33,880 bases of DNA from an uncultured Candidatus Saccharibacteria bacterium. GTDB taxonomy: Bacteria > Patescibacteriota > Minisyncoccia > Minisyncoccales > UBA10102. Of this stretch, positions 19,443 to 24,731 are shown one piece after another; the stretch's first letter is position 1; each line of letters begins with the position of its first letter. Below the pieces are notes generated by a model, which worked only from the letters and a program-made list of their open reading frames with translations, had not been told where the DNA came from and did not search any database. The position numbers were made by a program, and so were the translations under genes. Location of the stretch: positions 1-33,880 of the forward strand of contig CAYYFJ010000004.1 of assembly GCA_964471385.1 (NCBI GenBank), given 5' to 3'.

Positions 19443-21539
19443 TCATTTGACATTTGGACTTTGGATTTCATTTGGCATTTGAGCTTTGGCATTTGGATTT
19501 TTCCATATTCTCCCTGTTCTTATATACCAGTCTGCAATGCCGGAGAACCTTTGGGAGGGGTCGGCGATTATCTGCTCTGTAATGCCGCGAATGTCGTCTG
19601 CCGCAATGTACACATAGTGGGTGTCATACAGAAAAATCGCGGGAATATCCTGCAGAAGCACATTCTGAAATTCTTCCAGTTTTTTATTTCTTGCTTCTTC
19701 GTCCAATTCTTTTCTTGCGGATTCAAGCAAAGCATCCGCTTTTTTATTTTCATATCCTGAAAGATTGAGCCCGGGATCCCGCTTTTGCGAGGAATGCCAG
19801 AAGGGAAACAAATCGGGTATTTTCCCGAGAATTTCTCCGAACAACAGCATCTGGAAATTTCTTGGTTTTATCACGTCGTGCTCAAGATCGGAAGGAGAGT
19901 ATGCTTGAACCTCCGCTTGAATGCCAAAATCTTTCCACTGGCCTGCGATTGCTTCCGCGATATCAAGCAGGGGCGGCTGGTTTACGGTCGCAATGCTCAC
20001 GCTCAGAGGAAGATTTTCTCGGCTTGTAAAGCAAAGCATGTTGAGTTTTTCTCTTGTCGCTCCCGCGACTTTTCCCGTGCCCTTGTTCAGCCCTTGGGGA
20101 GCCAGAATATCGTCCGCGTATTTTTCCTGGAAACGAATCACCGCTTCTTTGGTTGCCGCGTCAAACGTTCCAGAAATTTTTCCCGACGGATAGAGTTCCG
20201 CGTCTTTCGCGAGGCACTCCTGCAGTTTTTTCACGTCCGCGCTTTTATTTCCCTGAACCAGCGTGCTTTGTATGCCGTCCCCGCTTTTTTTTGCGGGAGG
20301 AAACCACATTCCATTCTCTTTTTTGTATCCTTTTGACAGCAGAATGCGCTCCGCGCGCTCAGTGTTTTTTGTCTGCAGGAGCGCCGGCTCTGCCAGTTTA
20401 AAAATGCCGGGCAATGCGGGGGACGAGACAATGCGGCCATGGTTTTTCAATATCGCGCTTGTCAAAGCTTCTTTGTCAATTGAGTCTGCGAGCGCCTGGC
20501 GCATGTCCCGCGACTTCACAATGTCCTGATCGTTCAGGGAGTTCAGGTTGAAAAAAATGGCAAAGTATCTTGGCAAAGAGAACGAATACACATTCAGCCC
20601 GTCTGTTTTTACCCGCTGGATATCCTGCACGGAGTGGATGGAAAAAACGTCCAGCAGTCCCTGGTTTGCCGCCGCGATCAGTTCTTTTTCATCGGGAAAA
20701 AAGCGGAACGCAGTTGACTGAATGTATGGTTTTTTCCCGTAGTATTCTTTGAATCCGCGCAGCCGAATTTCTTTGATTGCTCCCGTGCGTTCCTGGCTTA
20801 TGCCAGATACCCGGTACGGCCCCGTTCCCACAGGCTCAAGATTGTACATAGAAAGCGCGAAGTTCTCCGGAGCTACGGATTTCCAGATGTGAGAGGGAAG
20901 AATTTTGAGCGTGAGCCGTTCTAAAAACGGAGCGTAAGGTTCTTTGAGCTCAAAGCGGACACGATCATTTGTGATTTTTTCAGCCCTCACGCCAATCCAG
21001 TTCGTGCGTATGGGGCTTTTGTATTTTGGGTTCTGCACGGTTTCCACCGTGAAGATTACATCGTCTGCCGTGAACGGTTTTCCATCATGCCACACCGCTT
21101 CTTCTCTGAGGTTGAATTCAATCACCTTTCCTCCCTCTTCCACGGTGAAATCTTTTGCCAGATCCGGGACCAGCTTTCCCGCGTTGTCGTATGTAAGCAG
21201 TCCCGAATACACAAGCTGGACAAGATCGCGGTCTGCATCGTACGCATCCGCGTACAAGGGGTTGATATACCGTGGAAAGCCGACAATTCCTTCTGTGAAC
21301 GATCCCCCCTGCACGGGAATTTCTCTTGTGCTTGCGATGTACAGCCGTCCCAAAAGAAACGTGAAAGACGCGACAGACAGCGCAAGAAACAAAGAAAACA
21401 GTATTCTCTCTTTTTTTGACAACACAGATGGAAATTTTTTCCACTGGGCAAAGGTAGGAAATCTCTTTCCTTCTTTTAACTCGCCGTATTGTCTTTGTAA
21501 TTGTTTAATCCAGTCTTTCGCCTGTTGAAACGTAAACAC
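19443..21539 (-). CDS. Family-5 (peptide/nickel type) ABC substrate-binding protein with N-terminal membrane anchor and inserted peptidoglycan-binding-like domain
   Basis: 698-aa ORF with a GTG start. It has an SBP_bac_5-like core and a PG_binding_1-like segment (ADVKKLQECLAKDAELYPSGKISGTFDAATKEAVIRFQEKY). The last 19 codons are encoded by the heptad repeat. Confidence 0.75.
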   Translation of the reverse strand: MFTFQQAKDWIKQLQRQYGELKEGKRFPTFAQWKKFPSVLSKKERILFSLFLALSVASFTFLLGRLYIASTREIPVQGGSFTEGIVGFPRYINPLYADAYDADRDLVQLVYSGLLTYDNAGKLVPDLAKDFTVEEGGKVIEFNLREEAVWHDGKPFTADDVIFTVETVQNPKYKSPIRTNWIGVRAEKITNDRVRFELKEPYAPFLERLTLKILPSHIWKSVAPENFALSMYNLEPVGTGPYRVSGISQERTGAIKEIRLRGFKEYYGKKPYIQSTAFRFFPDEKELIAAANQGLLDVFSIHSVQDIQRVKTDGLNVYSFSLPRYFAIFFNLNSLNDQDIVKSRDMRQALADSIDKEALTSAILKNHGRIVSSPALPGIFKLAEPALLQTKNTERAERILLSKGYKKENGMWFPPAKKSGDGIQSTLVQGNKSADVKKLQECLAKDAELYPSGKISGTFDAATKEAVIRFQEKYADDILAPQGLNKGTGKVAGATREKLNMLCFTSRENLPLSVSIATVNQPPLLDIAEAIAGQWKDFGIQAEVQAYSPSDLEHDVIKPRNFQMLLFGEILGKIPDLFPFWHSSQKRDPGLNLSGYENKKADALLESARKELDEEARNKKLEEFQNVLLQDIPAIFLYDTHYVYIAADDIRGITEQIIADPSQRFSGIADWYIRTGRIWKNPNAKAQMPNEIQSPNVK
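19444..19502. repeat. Single (unpaired) GRCATTT arm of the heptad-word family, overlapping the 3' end of the SBP gene
   Basis: CATTTGACATTTGGACTTTGGATTTCATTTGGCATTTGAGCTTTGGCATTTGGATTTTT. I saw no opposing arm. It abuts tRNA-Leu. Confidence 0.8.
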
Positions 21540-21578
21540 TGTGCGAGATTTTTAGTTGTTGTAAAAGCAACAGCGCAA

Positions 21579-21656
21579 AGTATCCAGTATTGAGTATGCA
21601 GTATGCAGTATTCAGTATTCAGTATGCAGAATACTCTATACTGTATACTGAATACT
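21579..21656. repeat. Hairpin made of tandem CAGTATK heptamers and their complement
   Basis: AGTATCCAGTATTGAGTATGCAGTATGCAGTATTCAGTATTCAGTATGCAG followed by AATACTCTATACTGTATACTGAATACT. The right arm is about 23/27 complementary to 21586-21612. Confidence 0.8.
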
Positions 21657-21661
21657 AGAGT

Positions 21662-21904
21662 TCAGAAGCGGAGACTTGCTATAGAGAGTCCCGCGAAAAG
21701 AATCAAGAGAACAATGGTTGCCCAGAAAAGTTTTTCCTGAATACCCCTTCTTGTCGCGTAAAATCCGCTGTCTCCCCCCATGCCCAAACCCAAAGCGGTT
21801 CCCCTTTGCTGAAGAAGAATGGCAATAATCATGAGTGTGGCAGTTCCGATTTGGGCAATCGTCAAATACGTCATTGGAAACAAGAGAAAAAAGTTCAATC
21901 TCAA
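21662..21904 (-). CDS. secG: Preprotein translocase subunit SecG
   Basis: Two-TM small protein with ILLQQRGTALGLGMGG, the typical SecG loop. The true start may be M11 (21874). Confidence 0.75.
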   Translation of the reverse strand: MRLNFFLLFPMTYLTIAQIGTATLMIIAILLQQRGTALGLGMGGDSGFYATRRGIQEKLFWATIVLLILFAGLSIASLRF

Positions 21905-21907
21905 GAG

Positions 21908-22255
21908 TTATCTTCGCGCGCCCATCCTTCCAAAAAACGAGAGCACAATGCTTATGGCGGATACCGCGACTGCGGTCCAGACCATTGGCATTGTTCCTTT
22001 CACGGAAAATTCAGGGAAGAAAAGGCCCAACAGCCAGATTAACCCTATGCTTACTCCTATAAGCACAATGAGCCGAAAGATAAAAGTAATGAGGTTTAAA
22101 AGGGGACGGAGAAACGCGAGCACCAAGCCAAGCGCGGCTCCGGCAATCAGAAATATCTTCAGGGAACCGGTGAATTGGACCCCCTCAATGTAATGGCTTG
22201 CGACCCACAAACCAACAATGCCTCCCACAATGTCAAACAAAAGTATTGTGAGCAT
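21908..22255 (-). CDS. DUF360 / phage-holin-4_2 family membrane protein
   Basis: 115-aa protein with four TM segments. The pattern WVASHYIEGVQFTG...LRPLLNLITFIF...GLFFPEFSVKG resembles PF04020 members. Confidence 0.7.
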   Translation of the reverse strand: MLTILLFDIVGGIVGLWVASHYIEGVQFTGSLKIFLIAGAALGLVLAFLRPLLNLITFIFRLIVLIGVSIGLIWLLGLFFPEFSVKGTMPMVWTAVAVSAISIVLSFFGRMGARR

Positions 22256-22283
22256 GTGTTCAAGTTACGGATTGTATTGTCAT

Positions 22284-22312
22284 AGGATATCACGATGACA
22301 AAGTTAAGTCAA
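22284..22312 (-). promoter_or_regulatory. Possible promoter for DUF360-secG
   Basis: On the minus strand: TTGACT, 17-nt spacer, TATCCT. The -10 is weak. Confidence 0.3.
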
Positions 22313-22323
22313 CATGCCCTGCG

Positions 22324-22357
22324 CGGGGTCAGACCCCATCAACGGGGTCTGACCCCG
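22324..22357 (-). terminator. GC-rich twin palindrome (CGGGGTCAGACCCC-N6-GGGGTCTGACCCCG) downstream of uvrC
   Basis: It can form a 13-bp stem with a 6-nt loop, 14 nt after the uvrC stop. There is no clear U-tract. It contains two GGTCNGACC cores. Confidence 0.55.
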
Positions 22358-22370
22358 CGGGTCGCGCAGG

Positions 22371-23636
22371 TCACGGAAGCAGGTTTTTTCTGCGCAATAT
22401 TTTGTGGTATGAAATCGCAAAGCGGTGCGCCTCGTCTCTCATGCGCAAGAGAAAACGGCGCGCATCAAGAGGAAGATGTTCTCCCGCCGCGGATTCTTTG
22501 CGCCCGGGAAGAAAAAGCTCTGTTTTTCGTTTCGCAAGCGCCGCGATAAAAAACGGCGTTTTTTCTTCTTTATTCTGATACTGTGAAATTGCAGACAGGG
22601 CCGAACGCAACTGGCCTTTGCCCCCGTCAATAATCATGAGATCGGGGTATTTCCATTCAGGATGGCGCATTCTCCTTGAGATGATTTCTTTCATCATCGC
22701 AACGTCATTGGGTTTGGCTTCCGCGCGTATTTTGAACTTGCGGTAGAATTGCGGCGCGCGCCTGCCTTCAACAAACACAACCATGGAACCTGTTGCCGCG
22801 GTTCCTTGAATGTTTGAAACGTCAAATTCCTCAACGCGCGACATTGGCTTTGCCGTGTGAAATATTTTTTGCAGGGACTGTTCAACCGCTTTGTATTCCT
22901 GCTCATCTTCCAATTTTTCTTCTTTGATTTGGCGTGAAAACCGGTGTTTTGCAATGTTTTCCAGCGCAAAAACTTGGTCGCGCAGAATGCCTGCCCGTTC
23001 ATATTGTCTGTTTTTGGACAACAGCGCCATTTCTTTTTTGAGGCGCCGTATCACTGACGTTCTTTTTCCCTTGAGAACGCTCGCGAGATTTTGCAGATTC
23101 TTTTTGTACGCCGTGATGTCCGGAATTGGCCCCGGGCAGAGTCCCAAATGGCAGTATCCGCAGGGAAGAGGGGAATGTGTTGCCGCCGTATAATACGGAA
23201 AAATTTTCCGAAGATAGCGAAGCGTTAGCTTCAGCGATGTTCCGTCAACATACGGCCCAATCAGCTTTGCCTTTTTTTGCGATGAAGGCTGGTGCGTGAT
23301 AAGCACGCGCGGAAGCAAATCTTTTGTGATCGCCGCGTAAAAATACTTTTTGTCGTCTTTCCAGAATACGTTGTATTTTGGCTGATGTTTTTTAATCATC
23401 GCGGATTCCAGCAGAAGCGCGTCAATTTCAGAGGGCGTCTGTATGTATCCGATTTTCCGCACCTGATTCATAAACAATCCGTCTCTGTACGATGGTTGTT
23501 GAAAATGGTTTTTTACGCGTTCCCGCAGGTTCACCGCTTTTCCAATATATAAAATTCCTTCTTTATTCTTGAAGGCATACACGCCCGGAGTTTGCGGAAG
23601 ATTGAATGTATAATTTTTGCGCGTCGCGAATCTCAT
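22371..23636 (-). CDS. uvrC: Excinuclease ABC subunit C, short form lacking the C-terminal (HhH)2 domain
   Basis: GIY-YIG N-terminus (GVYAFKNKEGILYIGKAVNLRERV), UVR motif (QYERAGILRDQVFALENI) and an RNase-H-like domain ending RDEAHRFAISYH. It is only 421 aa. Confidence 0.88.
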   Translation of the reverse strand: MRFATRKNYTFNLPQTPGVYAFKNKEGILYIGKAVNLRERVKNHFQQPSYRDGLFMNQVRKIGYIQTPSEIDALLLESAMIKKHQPKYNVFWKDDKKYFYAAITKDLLPRVLITHQPSSQKKAKLIGPYVDGTSLKLTLRYLRKIFPYYTAATHSPLPCGYCHLGLCPGPIPDITAYKKNLQNLASVLKGKRTSVIRRLKKEMALLSKNRQYERAGILRDQVFALENIAKHRFSRQIKEEKLEDEQEYKAVEQSLQKIFHTAKPMSRVEEFDVSNIQGTAATGSMVVFVEGRRAPQFYRKFKIRAEAKPNDVAMMKEIISRRMRHPEWKYPDLMIIDGGKGQLRSALSAISQYQNKEEKTPFFIAALAKRKTELFLPGRKESAAGEHLPLDARRFLLRMRDEAHRFAISYHKILRRKNLLP

Positions 23637-23661
23637 AGCTTCTTTGTATTCCAGTTTTTAA

Positions 23662-23691
23662 GAAAAAAACAAGGGGGCAATGGTGTGCCCC
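23662..23691 (-). terminator. Rho-independent terminator after the AbrB/MraZ-like gene
   Basis: On the minus strand: GGGGCACACCATTGCCCC followed by CTTGTTTTTTT. Confidence 0.65.
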
Positions 23692-23709
23692 GTACAATAA
23701 TCCACAAAA

Positions 23710-24045
23710 TTAAAGTGGATTTTTTGTGATCAAAAACTTTTTGTCATCTTCCCGAATAAGCTCAATCTCTCCGTGTGACCCAAGCAGAAATGCGTCCCTC
23801 AGGGCAAGCGGAATGAGAATCCGCTTTTCTCCTCGGAGGTTTTTCTGCACGGGTTCAACAAAGACTCTATCTTTCGGGATATCTGCCGGAACTTTTCTCC
23901 TAATCCCGATCCTGATTCCTTCAGGATCTTTAATAAGGACGACTTTCTGGCGAAACAACGGAGAAATTTCTGCGGGGATGTAAAGACGTCCCTTGTCAAG
24001 TCTCCGTTTCCAGCTGTTCGTCTGCCGTCCTTGTCTTGGAGTCAT
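23710..24045 (-). CDS. SpoVT/AbrB-type DNA-binding protein with MraZ-like tandem architecture
   Basis: 111-aa ORF with two (D/E)KGR/KR-x-hydrophobic-IP motifs (LDKGRLYIPAEI and GEKRILIPLALRDAF), as in MraZ/AbrB swapped-hairpin domains. It has a strong SD (AAGGAGA) 8 nt upstream, plus its own promoter and terminator. Confidence 0.5.
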   Translation of the reverse strand: MTPRQGRQTNSWKRRLDKGRLYIPAEISPLFRQKVVLIKDPEGIRIGIRRKVPADIPKDRVFVEPVQKNLRGEKRILIPLALRDAFLLGSHGEIELIREDDKKFLITKNPL

Positions 24046-24092
24046 TTCCTCGTCTCCTTTGCCGGGAAAATGTCCTCTCCTATGTAGCGCTA

Positions 24093-24121
24093 TCTATACG
24101 CGCATTTCACAATTTTGTCAA
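24093..24121 (-). promoter_or_regulatory. Sigma70-type promoter for the AbrB/MraZ-like gene
   Basis: On the minus strand: TTGACA (24116-24121), 17-nt spacer, TATAGA (24093-24098). Confidence 0.55.
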
Positions 24122-24129
24122 AAATTGAT

Positions 24130-24161
24130 GAGACACACGGAGTGTGTCTCCGACACGAAAT
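24130..24161 (-). repeat. Left copy of a perfect 32-nt inverted repeat (ATTTCGTGTCGGAGACACACTCCGTGTGTCTC)
   Basis: The reverse complement of 24130-24161 is identical to 27623-27654. It is itself a hairpin (GAGACACAC-GGA-GTGTGTCTC). Confidence 0.9.
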
Positions 24162-24194
24162 CGAAAAAATGTCAAAAAAATTGAGTAAGTAAGT

Positions 24195-24224
24195 AAAAAA
24201 GAAGGCAGAACCTTGTGGTTCTGC
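24195..24224 (-). terminator. Rho-independent terminator after the small membrane ORF
   Basis: On the minus strand: GCAGAACC-ACAA-GGTTCTGC followed by CTTCTTTTTT. Confidence 0.7.
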
Positions 24225-24241
24225 TCTACAGCCTTTTCTAT

Positions 24242-24262
24242 CAACGGGGTCAGACCCCGTTG
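24242..24262. repeat. GC-rich palindrome CAACGGGGTCAGACCCCGTTG
   Basis: It shares the 18-mer CAACGGGGTCTGACCCCG (opposite orientation) with 22341-22358. It overlaps the stop of the small membrane ORF. Confidence 0.85.
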
Positions 24263-24504
24263 GTGCGGTTGCGGCGTTGTTTGATGCATACTTCCAGACT
24301 TCCTGTCGCCTGGAGACATGCTTTTTCTGTCTCTATATTGATAGCTGGCGGCTCCCATTCTTGTTCTTGAATAGTGGAGCCGTCTGCCATCCACGTCAAT
24401 GTGAGGAAGGTGATAATAAAAAATGCGGCGATGGCTACAGTGATCAGCAAAAAGAAAAGGCTTTGTTTCCATTCAACACACTGGTTGGGGGTGCTGTTCA
24501 TCAT
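24250..24504 (-). CDS. Small hypothetical membrane protein (one predicted TM helix)
   Basis: 84-aa ORF with the hydrophobic stretch SLFFLLITVAIAAFFIITFLTLTW. SD AAGGGGG lies 9 nt upstream. It has a consensus-like promoter and a downstream terminator. Confidence 0.55.
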   Translation of the reverse strand: MMNSTPNQCVEWKQSLFFLLITVAIAAFFIITFLTLTWMADGSTIQEQEWEPPAINIETEKACLQATGSLEVCIKQRRNRTNGV

Positions 24505-24535
24505 ATGTGGTTACCCCCTTTCGCAATCTGCCGCG

Positions 24536-24563
24536 ATTATACCCTTGCAACGTCCAAAGTCAA
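24536..24563 (-). promoter_or_regulatory. Sigma70-type promoter for the small membrane ORF
   Basis: On the minus strand: TTGACT (24558-24563), 16-nt spacer, TATAAT (24536-24541). Confidence 0.55.
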
Positions 24564-24569
24564 GCGACT

Positions 24570-24607
24570 GGTCAAGGTCCGACCTTGGCCAAGGTCCGAC
24601 CTTGACC
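24570..24607. repeat. 38-nt near-perfect palindrome with two AAGGTCCGACCTT units, in the divergent promoter region
   Basis: GGTCAAGGTCCGACCTTGG|CCAAGGTCCGACCTTGACC. The halves are reverse complements except at the central base of each unit. Confidence 0.9.
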
Positions 24608-24675
24608 ACTGCCTTGCGGGAAGCGTTTGCCATCGGTTGAAATTTTTGGGCAGATTGGGATATGTCTCTATACCA

Positions 24676-24704
24676 TTGTAAAACAAGCGGTGCGGGGGTA
24701 TAAT
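24676..24704 (+). promoter_or_regulatory. Sigma70-type promoter for uvrA
   Basis: TTGTAA (24676-24681), 17-nt spacer, TATAAT (24699-24704), 27 nt before the uvrA ATG. Confidence 0.5.
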
Positions 24705-24731
24705 ACGACCCCATAAGCGACAAAAAAGAGT

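Noticed and set aside
24277-24681. A 134-aa plus-strand ORF, and other ORFs overlapping the small membrane ORF region (24107-24472, 24374-24640, 24511-24762).
   Set aside because: They lack an SD and a promoter and they run through the palindromic repeats. The minus-strand 84-aa ORF has the coherent expression signals and a clear TM helix.
24505-24731. LexA/SOS box upstream of uvrA; also checked upstream of recA, ssb and uvrC.
   Set aside because: I could not find a match to any described LexA motif class that I can recall (CTGT-N8-ACAG, CGAAC-N4-GTTCG, GTTC-N7-GTTC, TTAGTA...TACTAA, and others). Only the novel palindrome is reported in the findings.
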